DNA from: the human T2T-CHM13v2.0 reference genome, Homo sapiens
DNA: 64,000 bases
Reading direction: 5' to 3' (one strand)
Assembly: GCF_009914755.1 (NCBI RefSeq)
Contig: NC_060936.1
The translations under genes were made by a program, and so were the position numbers. Within the stretch, counting starts at the first letter, position 1; each line of letters begins with the position of its first letter. Positions 16,950-30,394 of this stretch are shown here, one piece after another. The notes beneath the pieces are model-generated. The model had not been told where the DNA came from. It worked only from the letters and a program-made list of their open reading frames with translations, and did no database searches.

Positions 16950-17625
16950 TGCCAGTTGCATCTTCAAAGTAGCAGATACCAACATGGAATGAAATATGCA
17001 AGAGATTTTATTGAGTGAAACACCTGTGAAGAATAAGAACTGGAAGGAGGAGGAGTAGGTAGAGAGCAGGAGTGGACAGGTCTGAAAGAAGTGAAAGGAG
17101 AGATGGAGGGAAAGACTGAGTAGGAAGAGCCGCAGATCATGCACAGTTCTGAGAAATGTTCTGCCAGGTCAAGGGGTAGTCCCTGAGCTCTTTCAAGCTA
17201 GGGTTGGCAAACTATTTGGCCCATGGGACAAATCTGGCCTGCTACCTGATTTTGTAATTAAAGTTTTATTGAGATGCAGTCATATCTATTCATATACATA
17301 TTGCCTATGACTGATTTCATGCTTAACTGGCAGAGTTAAAGTGTTGCAACAGAGAACATGTGGATGGAAAAATATAAATATTAATTATCTGGATCTTTAT
17401 AGAAAAGTTTCCACCCTTTGCTTTAGAGTAATCTCATGTTAGACAGAAATGGCCCACTGTAGTACCCCCAGCATATTCAGTTATGGGCTGAGAATAGCCC
17501 TAGGAGAATGTGGTTATGGGGCAAATGATGCCTCCTGGTGGACTGAAAAATGTGGCAGTTGGAGCCTCTTAATAAGCTATGTTCCTCACAGCAGGTTCTC
17601 CTAAAGGGAGATTTGAGTGAGACAC
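16950..17625 (-). mobile_element. Old ERVL LTR (LTR33/LTR16-like) split by MER58A
   Basis: TGCAAGAGATTTTATTG...ACACCTGTGAAG...GTAGGAAGAGCC. Continues after 17420. Confidence 0.6.
17199..17420. mobile_element. MER58A hAT-Charlie element
   Basis: GGGTTGGCAAACT...AAATCTGGCC...AAAGTTTTATTG...AGAAAAGTTT. Confidence 0.85.
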
Positions 17626-17849
17626 ACAGATAGTGTGTGGCTCTTTATTGAAAAAGTTTGCTAACCCTGCTCTAGATAGGAGTTAGTATTTATTCCACAA
17701 GGGACATGGTCATTTGTTATAAGTGAGCAAATTAATTGTCTGTTTTATAAAGCAATTTCCTATAATACTGCCTAGCAAGAATTATTTTCCTCGGACTCGA
17801 CTTTGTCAGTTCTGCCTTAGATAAAGGTATGTTGTTGAGGGAGGCACAG

Positions 17850-18015
17850 GGTGGTGCTGGAAAGAACACTGAATGGCTGGAAGACCTGGGACCTTGTCCA
17901 GTACAGGCTGCTAAATATCTCCGTGGTCGCCATGTGTTACATCACCTCTCTGGACTTCAAGAGCCCTGTTTGTCAAACACGGGGTTTAGACTAGAGGACT
18001 GTTAATTCCTTTTAA
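17850..18015 (+). mobile_element. MIR/MIR3 SINE
   Basis: GGAAAGAACACTG...AGACCTGGG...CTCTCTGGACTTC. Confidence 0.6.
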
Positions 18016-18433
18016 CCGCAACAAGAGTATCATACAGGACAGTACTAATCAACGGGTGGGCCTGAGCCAGCAGCTGGGGATTTGGTGGACTAAGTAGGAG
18101 AAAAATGACCCAGCGTAGATCAGAGATCTTCTCTAGCTGGTGTGCAAAAAACTGCGACAAGGAGAGACTTGTTCCAGTAACCCAAACTGTTCCCTTTTAA
18201 TTACAGCATAAACATGAGTCTATTTATGTGGATGTTCAATGATACAATGACATGGCCTATCAAGTGGAAGCAACCAATAAAGCAGACAATGATGGTGCAG
18301 GCCAAGGAGCCTGTATGGTGCTCACAGGAGGGCCATTGTGCTGGGACATATAGAAGCAGCTTTTCTTCCTGCTTACAAGATCTACTCTGTCTTGTTGGAG
18401 GGGAAAATGAGGTGAACATTAGCTTATTACCTC

Positions 18434-18443
18434 TGTGTGTTAT

Positions 18444-18480
<37 letters not shown>

Positions 18481-18493
18481 TGTGTGTCTGTGT
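18434..18493. repeat. (TG)n microsatellite
   Basis: Seen directly. Confidence 0.95.
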
Positions 18494-18744
18494 GGGTGGG
18501 TGGGAAGGGAGGAGTTAAACACCTAGACAGCTCCGGAAACATCCCTGTCTCTATGAAACCTGGACACTGAAGGTTTTATATGTGAGTAACATAGATTTTG
18601 TTTGTTTGAACTTCTAGTATAGCTCTGCGGTAACAAGATTAGTGTCAAAATCGTAGATATCCCCAGGAGGGAGGGGAAGGGTTCGTGGGAAAGGACAAGA
18701 GTCCTTCCAGTAATATTCCATGTACTTGCTGAACCTAGAAAACA

Positions 18745-18848
18745 AAACTACAGGATGCATATTTATGTAAGAATTTCAGATAAATAAAGAATAATTTTTT
18801 TAGTATAAGTATGTCCCATGCAGTATTTGTGTTTTATTTGGTAACCCT
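18745..18848. mobile_element. MER53 fragment
   Basis: GAATTTCAGATAAA...TAGTATAAGTATGTCCCATGCA...AACCCTA. Confidence 0.8.
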
Positions 18849-20154
18849 ATTGAATGAGAGCAATTTCCTCAAAAAGTTAATGAATAGAGTAGATTTTGGT
18901 GGAACATAAGAGTTACAAGAATCAGTGGACTCTAGAACAGGGGCACCAGGTCATTAAAATAATTGTTTTTAATTTTTGTGGTTATTGTATGGTCCTTTAA
19001 ATACCTGTCTTTGCCATATTTTTCATCTTCCAGCAGCCAAATAGGGGATATATATTTTTTAAAAGTAAGAAATAAAGCTTTAACCTTACCCTTAGAATTA
19101 TCAGTGTTTGTTTGCAGAACCTGCTAGAACTTTGAGTTTAGCTGTAATTACAGAACTGACCCAGACCATATCAGACATTGAGATAATTGAGTTTTTCAAG
19201 TCATAGTGAGAGGGAGATGGAAAGCTATATTGTGGCTGAGCTAAGAATCTATTCTATCATTTTATGGGGAAATAAGCTATGCTGGAAATATAAACACCTA
19301 TTTTTGGACATTTTCTCAATCCTATTGAACTCACAAAATGTGAAACTTTTTAGTTGGTTCAAAGCAATGATGAAGAATTTTATCCCTAGACTGTCCTTTA
19401 GATAGCAAATAGACATAGAAAATATTGTCACTTAGAGGAGTTTGGGGTACTAGAATGTTCTTCTCTACTGTTAAAGAAGACCACTGTGAAAAAATTTTCA
19501 AAAAAACTTTCCCTCATGAGCAGTTTATAAACTTTCTTTTCCAACAGCTTTTTCTTTTATTGTTCATTGGAAGTGTGCTTATGCCAGCATAATTTTGACA
19601 AGTCTCAAAGTATTTGCTGCTATAATTGTAGAAGTCTTCCTTTAATAAAATGAAATTTGATTTTTATTTACCTGAAGTAGTAGAGAGTTGCTAGACTTAA
19701 AAAAAATCATTGTAAACACATTATCAAAAATAGACCAGTTTAACTGAATTTCATCACTTAATTTGCACAGATATTAACTAGGAAGTTAGTCTTCACAAGG
19801 TTAGAAGCTGCCAGCAGAGTTCCCAAACACTATGATATCTTTTGAGTCATTTAGCTCTTTTCCCTCATACTGTTTCTCCTTTTTATGCAATAATTCTTTT
19901 TTCAAGGCACACTTTTCATTTTCTAATTCCTCATCCCTTTATTGGCATGCCATTAAACTCATAATTGATCCATATTTTTCTTAACATGGGGAAATGTAAT
20001 TTCTCATTTCTCATCATATGTTCCTTAAAAAATTTCATATTCTCAGCTCATCCTACCCTCTCCACAGCTTAAAATCTGCCTGGTATTCTTAGATTATGTT
20101 GAGGACATGTCCATTTTGTTGTGTTATTCTGCTGTGTTCCAGTCTGTTATGTGG

Positions 20155-20365
20155 TGTGTTTCAGTTATAGTTGCTGCATAGCAAACTACCCTAAAGCTGG
20201 TGGCATAAAACTGCACTATTTGTGTGTGCATGTGTGTGTGTGTGTGTGTGTGTGCTGACTGATTCTGTGGATTACGAATTCATAGAGGAAGTAGTAGAGA
20301 TGGGCTCGTCTCTTAGATGTCTGAGACTTAGCTTGGGAAAGCTCAAACAACTGAGTGTGGCTCTT
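20155..20365 (-). mobile_element. MLT1-family LTR fragment containing (TG)n at 20221-20254
   Basis: TTGCTGCATAGCAAACTACCCTAAA...GGCATAAAAC. Confidence 0.7.
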
Positions 20366-21114
20366 TCCGGTAGCCCCATCAACTCCAAGCATGTGGCTCA
20401 CATTTGTGTAATAGTACTGGTGCAACTGTATTGCCTATTGAATGCTAGTGTCAGTTGGCACCCACCGCATAATGGCTGTTAAATATTTTAATCTTCACCT
20501 CTAAGTATCAATTTGTCAAACTCTTGCCACATGTCCCTCTGCTGGGAACCCACTCTGCTTGCTCATTTGATGAAGCCCTTCTGTGTCCTTCAAGACTCAG
20601 CTCAAGCTCCTTCCTCAGGGTTCCTATACTACCCTTTGTTTCCTCTGTTACAGCACTGGCTGGACACATTGCATTGCAACAATTTTTTTATTTTTCTCCT
20701 TATGTTTTGAACTTCTTAAGTAGAGCTCCTTTTTTCTTGGTCGTCTCTGTACTGTGTGCCTGTCACATAGTAGTCTTCAAGGGATGATTGGGTTTTGAAC
20801 ATCAAGTAAGCTTCTCAATTAATTTTCTGCCCTTTGAAAATTGATTGTGCTTCTTGATAAATCAAACTGAGTTCAGTTTTTTCCTCTAATATCTGTGAAC
20901 ATTATAACATCTTTCTACATCAGAGAACAGATCATGAACTTATTTTTCTTTTTCTATTGCATATAATATTTAAAAATCCCTCCCCCATAAAAAATACAAA
21001 CTATAAGCTCCATGAGGGCAAATATCCTTTTCCCAGAGTTCAGCATAGAGTGCAAAACTGTGCTCAATAAGTATTTATTAAATGTAATTATTCAGGCTAA
21101 ATAACATTAAATAT

Positions 21115-21355
21115 GCTATTGCTAATATTTATAGCAAGGCATATATGCAAAGTGTTTTATTTGCATTCTCTAATTTAATATTCTGAGTAAAATAATAGAC
21201 ACCTCCCATTATTTTCTTTAAAGAGGTTTTGTTATTTCAAACTGAGGCTTAGAGAGGTTAAGTAGGTTACCAACATCAGATGGCCAATGAGTAGTAGAGC
21301 CAGAATTTGGATCCAGATTACCCAGTGTCAGAAGCCGACATCTTAACCATCACAT
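21115..21355 (-). mobile_element. MIR SINE
   Basis: Core ACTGAGGCTTAGAGAGGTTAAGT. Confidence 0.85.
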
Positions 21356-21489
21356 TTCAATACCACCTTAGGGAAAGGAATGTCAAAAAAATCTTGAAAT
21401 CATTCTGGATTGTGGCCTTCTTAGTACCATTCATGGCATCTGTCTCTGCTTATTTACCCTGACTTCTAAATATTTTATCTGCAGGAATA

Positions 21490-21860
21490 AATTTGGTACG
21501 TTCAAGAAGTGACAAGAAGGCCAGTGTGGTTAGAGCATTGGGAAAAAGAAAAGAGACTAGTAGGAGATGGGGTTGGAGAGAAAAGTTGGGGCCAGAGCAC
21601 ACAGGGCTTTGAAGAAGTTTGGGTTTTATGTCAATGAAATTGAAGTCATTGGAGGGGTTTTGATTTGATCTAATTTAGTTTAAACACTTTGGCTGCTGTT
21701 GTAGATAATGCACTGAGAGGATGGGGTGGAGGCAATGGAGGCTTTTGTAGAAGTTGGAACTGAAAATTTCAACTACTGCAAAACAGGGAATTTAGACTTG
21801 TGTGGCCACAGCGGGCATGATGAAAAGTGGATGAATTTGGGATATTGTTGGAGGCAAGGG
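21490..21860 (-). mobile_element. L2 fragment
   Basis: AAGAAGGCCAGTGTGG, CACTTTGGCTGCTG, GGATATTGTTGGAGG. Confidence 0.7.
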
Positions 21861-23869
21861 TCCTTAATAAATATTTATTGAATTAATGAGTATATAATAA
21901 GCATTAAACAATTAGCACAGTTATTGGTCCACAGCAAGTACCCACTAAGTGGTGGTTACTCTTACTATCATCATCATTGTCTCTTCTACCTCCTGAGAGG
22001 TGAAATTACAGTATTAACACTCATAAATCATCAGCTTCCCACTCTGCACGTTATCCTCCATCCCTTCAGCTCTGTGTCTTACTCTACAGAGGCTACTCTC
22101 TTAAAGTGACCCCCAAGCTGTTGAATTCAGTGTAATTTTCTAATTTTTCATTCCCTGATGCCTGTCTGCCCCCTTTGACTTCCTACTCCTTGCAATGCCT
22201 TGACGCCTGAGATGATATACTCTCTTAACTCTTCCTGTACATCTCTTGGGGCTCCTTCTCTGTGGCTTCTTTTTCTCCTTTTGCCCTTTCAGTATAGAGG
22301 TTTCTGAAGAATCTGATCCTGAGACCCTCGTTCTAATAGGTCAGTTCCAGACGACCAAATCCTCATCTTATGACTATATTTTTAGCTTAGCCCTTCATTT
22401 CTGACATATCTTTTTCTTCCAAAGCCATGACTTAAAACTAGACGAGAGGTGAACTTTATCTGTGCCCCTAAGTCCTTCAGTTTCCTACCTAAGATTATAA
22501 AATATGTATCATTGGAAATCTTGGGCAGCACACAAAACATAATTTATCAGAAATGAGATTCTTATGGAGAACTAATTTTCTATTGAGGAAATTAAGAAGA
22601 GGTTTGAATTTGGGCTAAAATATCCATTTCTAAAATTAATCTTCATGTGCTCTTTTTTTTTTTTGCTAGCCTATATGATATTTATGTTTTACTTATTGAA
22701 TAATTCATGTACCACTGACCAGCACAATAAAATATTTCACTTCAAGCATACATCTACATTTCTTAGCTTAGCTCTCAATTGTAATTACTACACTCAATTT
22801 CTGTTTCTCGATGGAAAGAGGAATCCTACATAGAACTGAACACCAGCTAATGAACTCCATTAAACAGGGATGACTGAGTAGTGCTTACTGAGAAGATTTA
22901 AGTATAAATCGAATTTCCTTTCCTGAGTTTAAAGTTTCATAAACGATTAAATAGGCAAAAGTTTACTACAGAGTAGATAGCCTTTGGGGGTGGGATAATA
23001 CCCTGCTGTCTTTTCTTCTTTCCTTTTTCTTAGTTCTTTAGGCTCAGGAGCGCTCTGGGATGCAGAAAGGAGAGAAAGACTCTTCCCTCCTGCTTGATTC
23101 TGACATATATCTGCTTTTTCAAACTATGTTTTTCTTCATCTAGGATGAGTTTAGGGAAGGGAGAAGAAAAAGGGCTGAAAAAGAAGTGGCTTCCTCATTC
23201 TCCAGTATCCTAGCACATGTTATTCCAGCACCATGGGAGAAAAAATTCTGCTGTATTTAAGAAATCATCAGATTCTCAGAGTATTTCTAAGAGCTTCATA
23301 GGAGACATATAATGCTGAACTGTGCTGAGAATAAGCAGGGATAAGGGAAGGTGTTTGCGGAGCGTACTCCTCAGATTTCTACTTTGGGCATAAGTTGCAG
23401 GGCCCAGGCTATGAGCCTTGCAGTGGGGGCCAGGCAGCTCTTGGATTTCTCTGTCAGTGTTGAGGCTTCACGAGGTAGCAGCCAAAAGAGGAGCATCCCA
23501 CATAGACCTGAAGACATGTAAGGGACAGTTAATAATGTTTGAGTAAATGAGAAAATGGCAAGAAAAGGCTCTTTTTACTTTGATTTTCAGAAACATCAAG
23601 GATGTCAAAGCTTACCAGTTCTGACTTGATTTGTATTACAGTCAATAACCTGAAAGTCGTTGAATTAAAAGAAACAAGACTGCTCTATTTCCTTCCATCT
23701 CACTGCCCTTTTTGACTAGATTTTCAGAATGTTCTCTTGTAAAAATTCCAAGCATACAGAGTTCTTTATAAAAACTAGCTCTTTTTATGAGAACAAGGAA
23801 CTTTTTAATGTTGCTTGTTCGTTTTCATCCCGATTTCCTATTCCTATTTTACCCACTCTTCCATATGTG

Positions 23870-24660
23870 ACCAAGTGCATGATTGGTGTGATCCCTTTGC
23901 TTTTATATTTTGTAAAATGTGTGTCATATTTTGTGTGCATTATTTTTTAATTTACATTGTACTGTGACAGAGATCTTCTTCTTCCTACTAACATCATCTT
24001 TTTTTTCCTCTGTGCATAGTCTACTATGGGGTGCATCCATTTTATTTGATCTATCTACTCCTCAGTGTTGGACACTTGGATTGCCTTTGATATCCTGCTC
24101 CAAAAGTGGTGTTGTGGCAAACATCCTGGTACTTGTCCCTTTACAGAGGTGTATGATAATTTGGGGTAGCATATATATCCAGGATTAAAATTAATAGGTT
24201 AAAAGGGCAAAATTATACAGTTATTTTAATCAACTGCAGCCAATTCCTCACCAGAATGGCTTTCAAGTCTTCCTTCTCCCCAGCAGTGATGAGGGCTCCT
24301 CCATCCCTGTATTTCTGCCAGCACAGCATTATCCAGCTCTCTACTTTTTGCTTGTCCTATGGGTATAAAGTGATCTCCCATTATTGCTTTAATTTACATG
24401 TTTTTACTAATGCTTCTCTTTAGATATTGACTTTTCATGATGCATCTTCTGTAAATTAACTTTTCTTTGCCTATTCTCTATTGAGATTCCTGTCTTTTTC
24501 ATGTTGATTGCTGGAGTCTCTTGTCAGTTTTAGATAATGCAAATATCTTTTCCAAATTTGTCATGACTTTGTTAACTTTGACCGTGACATCTTTTGTTGA
24601 GCAAAAATCTTTAATTTTTATAAAATCAAATTCATTTTTTGCCTTATATTTTATATCTCC
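23870..24660 (-). mobile_element. Very old L1M (L1ME-like) fragment
   Basis: Antisense L1 3' ORF2-like motifs (CCCAGCAGTG, TGCAAATATCTT). Confidence 0.65.
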
Positions 24661-25345
24661 GGGGTAAAGAGCTTTATTAAAGTAATATTTTTATGACAAC
24701 ATAATAGATGGAAAGATGTTTTTTGATAGTTTTATGTCAAACAACAAGCATCATTTCTACAGAGTTGAATATGAATCTCTTCTAATGGCTTTAGGCTTCT
24801 GCATTAGTATGAGTAGCTCTGCAGGTTTCTCTAGACCCAAGTGGAGAATGGGGTTTGTTTGTGGCATGCATACTAAAGAGCTTTTCACCTAAGGAAAGAA
24901 GGCCTTTTGAGGAAATAATCTTATTCCCAGGAAACTCTAGCTGTTTGGCTCACACTTTCCTGGCAAAGAAGCTTGGACCTGCCCAGGGCTGAAGGATTTA
25001 AATGTCATTGTGTCCTTCATTCAGCCTCCGCTGAGTGACTTAATTTTTCTTATCAAGTACTGTTGAAGATAGATAATGAAAGAAATACTGTACTGTGAAA
25101 GCTCCCCTGGGGTTGTTCCAGGTCCATGGGACCCATGGGAGTGATTGCTAAGCATTTCTGAAGTTGCCTGTCCTCTCTGTGAGGAGCCTCCTTGTACAAA
25201 GTAATGTCCTGGGCTTTGGATGGCAGCCTGATGCTTCCTTTCTGTGACCCCGACTAAACATGTTTGTCTCTAATTTTTTGACTACTCTCTTTGCCTTCCT
25301 GGGGGGAGTGGCTAATCAATCAGTCTCTTAGGCATACAGTTTTCT

Positions 25346-26161
25346 TTTTTTTTTTTTTTGTCTTTTTAAATTTTATTTCATATATATTTTTAATTTTAAT
25401 TTAATTTTATTTTTCCATAAGTTATTGGGGTACAGGTGGTATTTGGTTATGTAAGTTCTTTAGTGGTGATTTGTGAGATTTTGGTGCACCCATCACCCAA
25501 GCAGGATACATTCCATCATATTTGTAGTCTTTTATCCCTCATCTGCCTCCCACTCTTCCCTACAAGTCCCCGAAGCCCACTGTATCATTTTTATGCTTTT
25601 GTGTCCTCATAGCTTAGCTCCCACATATCAGTGAGAACATAACAATGTTTGGTTTTCCATTACTGAGTTACTTCACTTAGAACAGCAGTCTCCAATCTCA
25701 TCCAGGTCTCTGCAAATGCTGTTAATTTATTCCTTTTTATGGCTGAGTAGTATTCCATCATATATATATCTAGATATATATGATCTATATATATCTAGAT
25801 ATATATGATCTATATATCTAGATATATATGATCTATCTATCTATATATATGATATCTATATCTATATCTATATATGATATATATATCTATCTCACAGTTT
25901 CTTTATCCACTCATTGATTAATGGGCATTTGGGTTGGTTCTATGATTTTGCAAATGTGAATTGTGCTGTTGTTTTTATTGCATTTGCTTTTGGGTTCTCA
26001 GTTATGAAATCCTTGCCTATTCCAATGTCTAGAAGGGTTTCTCCAGTGTTATCTTCTAGAATTTTTATAGTTTCAGGCCTTAGGTGTTTTTTTTTTTAAT
26101 TTCACTTTAAGTTCTGGGATACATGTGCAGATTGTACAGGTTTGTTACATAGGCATATATG
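25346..26161 (-). mobile_element. Composite L1 insertion: L1PB1-like 3' part with internal deletion, plus a ~75-bp L1PA 3' tip, within one TSD pair
   Basis: TSD TAGGCATACAGTTT at 25329-25342 and 26162-26175. L1PB 3'UTR CATAAGTTATTGGGGTACAGG and L1PA tip TTTAAGTTCTGGGATACATGTGCAG. Confidence 0.9.
25760..25892. repeat. AT-rich palindromic minisatellite (TATATATCTAGATATATATGATC-like)
   Basis: Seen directly inside the L1PB. Confidence 0.9.
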
Positions 26162-27009
26162 TAGGCATACAGTTTCTATTGCTCATGTCACCTTCTTAGG
26201 TGCAGGGAGTGCACAAATTTCTAAGAGACAGCTGAGTCTTACAGATTTCCTGTCAAATCTTGAGGCCTGGTACTCTAGCATCTCTGATATCCTCTCTGTG
26301 ATATTTGAATTTTCTCACTCTTAGAATCTGAACAGAATTTCTCAAGATTCTAAATTGTGACAAATGACTAGATACTTTAGGAATGTCTTCTTGGTTACCA
26401 CTTGCAAGGGTATTCCTAACTCTCTGGCAAAGAGGCAAGTATCAGAAAAATATTGCTGTTACTGAGAGATGAGTGTGCCTAGAAGTAGAAACTACAGCAT
26501 TCTGGCAGGGAAAGCAGATGTGACAATTTAATACATAGAAGGAGTGCAGAGAGATGGAGGTGTTATGTATGGTCTAGGAGAGGAAATTTAAAGAAGGGAG
26601 CAATGAACATTGAAGAAAATTATTTTATTACTGAAAGAAGAGTCTCAATTAAGAAAGTCTAGGTGGCACTGGCTGGTTTGGATTCCTCCAGGATTGAGTG
26701 ACCCAAATCAATGGCTATTACAGGAATGCTCAGGCATGCAGCCTGTATCTCCTTCAAGGAGGCCATTCAGAGTCATGTTCCATCTCTGGAGAGTAGGGCT
26801 TAGGTCCAGCCATGGGTTGACCCACTGTTAGGTTCTTAAAGAAGCAGTGGGAGGAGGAGTTGATTGATTTGTGTTCTGAGGCATAGCAGAACTCACCCTC
26901 AGACCCCTCTGACCTATATGGTGGCAGTGGAGCTGAGGGGTAACCTTTGTCTAGTAACTGCATCTGTAGCAATCTATTATTTCAGAGTCAATTGACTCCA
27001 TTGATTGAG

Positions 27010-27530
27010 ATCACCAAACTCCTCAGCCTGGCATTTAAAGCGCTTTACAATTTGGCACTTCTTTTTCTTTTCATGCTTAATTCTCAGGATATGCCTCTAT
27101 ATACCCAACTTCAGTCACAATCATCCACTCACCATTTCCCAAATGTAGCCTTCAGTCAAGGGATGCTAAGCCATTGCTCAACCTGTTTTCTTTACTTAGA
27201 ATGCCTTCTCATACTATGACTCCCAAAGTCCAACACATTCTTCATGTCTCAGCTGAAATCACCCTCCTTCCTCATAGATTCTCCCAGTAGAATTTAATGC
27301 TCCCCTTTCCATATTTGCAAAATCTTTTGAACATTTGTTATATAATGTATCATATTTTATCCTACAGTGAAATTATTTTATATATATAATATATATGTTA
27401 TATGTATATATTATATATACTTGTTTTCTTATACAATTTGGAAGTCTCATTAAAAAATGAAAACAATATAACCCTATTATACTTAGGTTAGTACTTTGGA
27501 TATAGAGGTACTCAATAAAGCTTGTTGTAT
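27010..27530 (+). mobile_element. L2 fragment
   Basis: CCAAACTCCTCAGCCTGGCATT and GGTACTCAATAAA. Confidence 0.65.
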
Positions 27531-28059
27531 TCAACTCTGAAGTTGAGGCAAATCATAAATGTGATTGGATATTGAATATAGAAGATTGAATGGATTTTCA
27601 ACATTTAAAATACCATCTGATCTTTTTTGGCATCTGGCACAACTTTCCATAAGTCTTCATTTCTTTTTGTTGGTTCTACTCTGCTTCCTCACCACAACTC
27701 TAGACCGTTAGCCCTTCCTCAGTCTCTGGGAAGGCCTGAAGCATACCCTGCATGGATCCTGGTGGGGCTGTTGTGCTGGCAGCTGCCTGGCTCACCTCAC
27801 CAGCCCTGGAGGGGCCCACACACCCTCCCCAGAGTGGCTCCTGGGAAGCCTGCACATTCTCCTGCCTTTTAGTGCTATTGGGCTTTTTCTTTTAAGGTGA
27901 TTCTTCTACGTCTATTCTCCTAATCAATGTACTCTAGAACACAGGAGTCAAGGTAGTATAACAGTTTAAAGTGTGGACTTTGGAGATCTGAGCTTGAATT
28001 CTAACTCTATTACCTACTAGGTATTATCTTGGGAAAGATGCTTAATATTATCAAAGCAA

Positions 28060-28167
28060 CTCCCTCCCCTCCCCTCCCCTTCCCTCCCCTTTCCTCCCCT
28101 TCCCTTCCATTCCCTCCCATTCCCTCCCCTTCCCTCCCCTTCCCTCCCCTTCCCTTCCCTTCCTTCC
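28060..28167. repeat. (CCCCT/CCCTT)n polypyrimidine tract
   Basis: Seen directly, in the tail position of the adjacent FLAM. Confidence 0.95.
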
Positions 28168-28286
28168 AGAAATGGGGTCTCTCTATGTTGCCTCGGCTGG
28201 TCTCTCAAACTTCTGGCCTCAAATGATCCTCTCACCTTGGCCTCCCAAAGTACTGGGATTATAGGCAGGAGTCACTGTCCCCAGCC
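28168..28286 (-). mobile_element. FLAM (free left Alu monomer)
   Basis: Single Alu left arm ending CCTCCCAAAGTACTGGGATTATAGG...CAGCC. Confidence 0.88.
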
Positions 28287-29392
28287 AGTAAGTTTTTCAG
28301 TGGTGAAATAGAAATAATAACATATTAACTCATAGGGCTCTTGTGAAGATTAAATTATATAGATGCCAGCACTTAGCAGCGCCTAGCATGGGGTAATCAG
28401 ATACTTTAACAAAATAGCGGTTGTGACTCTCATTCTTCATCTCTATTCCTACATATTTTGTTAAGAGTAATGTTTGGTACTCTTATTTGTATTATACTCT
28501 TTAAGTATAATTTACCTTATCCCTCTGCAATGTCCCCAGTCAGAGATACTTAGTATATATTTACAAGATAAAGGCAACACCATCTTCTGGGTGATCTCCA
28601 TCTTTCTTCTTTCTTTTCTCAATATTGCTATTTTTTGAGGCCGCTTATTTATATTTTCATGTAGAAATGAATGTCCTTGCTGTGGAGCTATTTCTTCAAT
28701 TTTACACTAACGTTTATGGAGATACATATATACTATTATTGTCTTCTCTAGTACAAAAGCAGAGATATAAACTAGACATCAAGAACATCCTGTTCCCAAA
28801 GCACACCAGAACAAACCAGAAAATCACAAACCTGTAGCAAACTTGGGTTAGTAAAAACAAGACTTCATACTTCAATTTTCTTTGTATTTAAAAACCTTCA
28901 CAAATGTTAAGTTAGTAAGTCTCATAGCAGCTCTTTCAGATAAGCCCTTAGGTAAATGTTTTCTCTTGCAATTTTTGAATCTGAGTCAATACTGGAGACT
29001 AGCTGGCCAGCCTGTTGTCTGGCCACTGAATTATGCAACTCATCTCCAAATGAAGCCTGAAGTGATGCAGGAGGTAATCAATAGAAGGGCTTGATCGATG
29101 TTCAATAGAGGAAAGAAAGTCTAATGAACAAAATACAGGACTGGGAGCACAGCCAGGCCTGAATTCCAATCTTCTCCTGGCCTTGTAAGCAGAAGACTAA
29201 CTTGGTAATTTCATTCCTGGAGTATATTCCTATAACTGCATCCTTCTCTCCATGGATCCTGCTCTGCTCTGAGCCTCTTGATCAAATGGGCAAATGGTTG
29301 AAGAGGTCATGAGAAAAAGACATGCAGCAGCAGCAGAAGTGACATGAGCCTGTGTTTTTCATCATTGTTTATCCCTGATGCCAGAGCATGTT

Positions 29393-29394
<2 letters not shown>

Positions 29395-29424
<30 letters not shown>
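29395..29424. repeat. (TG)n microsatellite
   Basis: Seen directly. Confidence 0.95.
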
Positions 29425-29425
<1 letters not shown>

Positions 29426-30394
29426 ATGTAGATACATACTCATGTGCATTCCTCTTCCTTGCTCTTTCTGCTTACTGACTCTGTCTCTGACCTCTATACT
29501 GTGACATTCATTCAGTCAGTGTCTATTTACTGAGCTCCACTCTCTGTGGGGAACTGTGGAGTTCCAGGGACTCAGTGATGGACAATACAAAAGAGGATCT
29601 TGCTCTCAATTCTTAAAGATCCATTAGACAAGAAAATTTGGCTTTGTTTTATTTTACTTTTTACTGTTTCATTATGAACACTTTCAAGCATGCAATAAAT
29701 GGAGGAAATAGTAAGGCAAACCCCAATGTGCAAGTATCTACTACCCAACTTCAAAAATTATCAATGATCTTGTTTTATATTGGCCTTTATCTACTTGCCC
29801 ATCCCTCACTACATGCACATACACTTGATGATTGTGAAGCAACTCCCAGCCTTCATGCCATTGCGGCAGGACAGTTTTGATTTCCTCAGATGGAGTCTGA
29901 AGAGAGAACTCCCATCTTGCCAATGCTCCTGTAAGACATGGCAAATGACTGCTGAGAGGACCTCAGTCACACCAGTCCCCTAGAAGAGCTCACTTACTCG
30001 TAACGCTTTTGTTTCCAGAGAGCTCCACGCTGTAAAAAATGATGGGAGCAGAAAGGCAATGGAGCTGGGTTTGGTGTGGAGTAGAACAGGGTGAATGAGT
30101 ACCCTGGCCTATCATGCATCTGCCCGAGGAGACATCTTTGTATGGCCAGTTGTCTGTGGCTCTCAAACTCCTCCCAACACCGTCTAAGGCCCCTTGAGCC
30201 CAAACTTAACTAAAAGTCTTGAGTGCATCTTGATCTGAATTCTGGGCCATTGCCGGTTGTGAGCTTTTTTGTTTCTCTGTCACTGAAGGCTTGATGTTTG
30301 ACCTGGGGGCCAGATTAGCAGGGAGGGATCTTGAGAAATGAGTAATAGATTAATAGTAGTAGTAATAATTATAATAATAATTAAAAAAACAAAA

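Larger units (their letters stand above)
27945..28400 (+). mobile_element. MIR interrupted by a FLAM and a (CCCTT)n tract
   Basis: GTGGACTTTGGAG..., resuming with CATAGGGCTCTTGTGAAGATTAAAT. Confidence 0.75.

Noticed and set aside
18201-18570. Overlapping 113- and 118-aa ORFs
   Set aside because: They run through a (TG)n repeat and show no recognisable domain.
25955-25985. L1PB internal gap as a splice junction
   Set aside because: An AG is plausible on the acceptor side, but I recall no GT at the donor side, so it is treated as a deletion pending the donor locus.
30005-30200. Possible splice acceptor TTTTGTTTCCAG at ~30018
   Set aside because: No convincing donor or coding frame, so an exon cannot be supported without RNA data.
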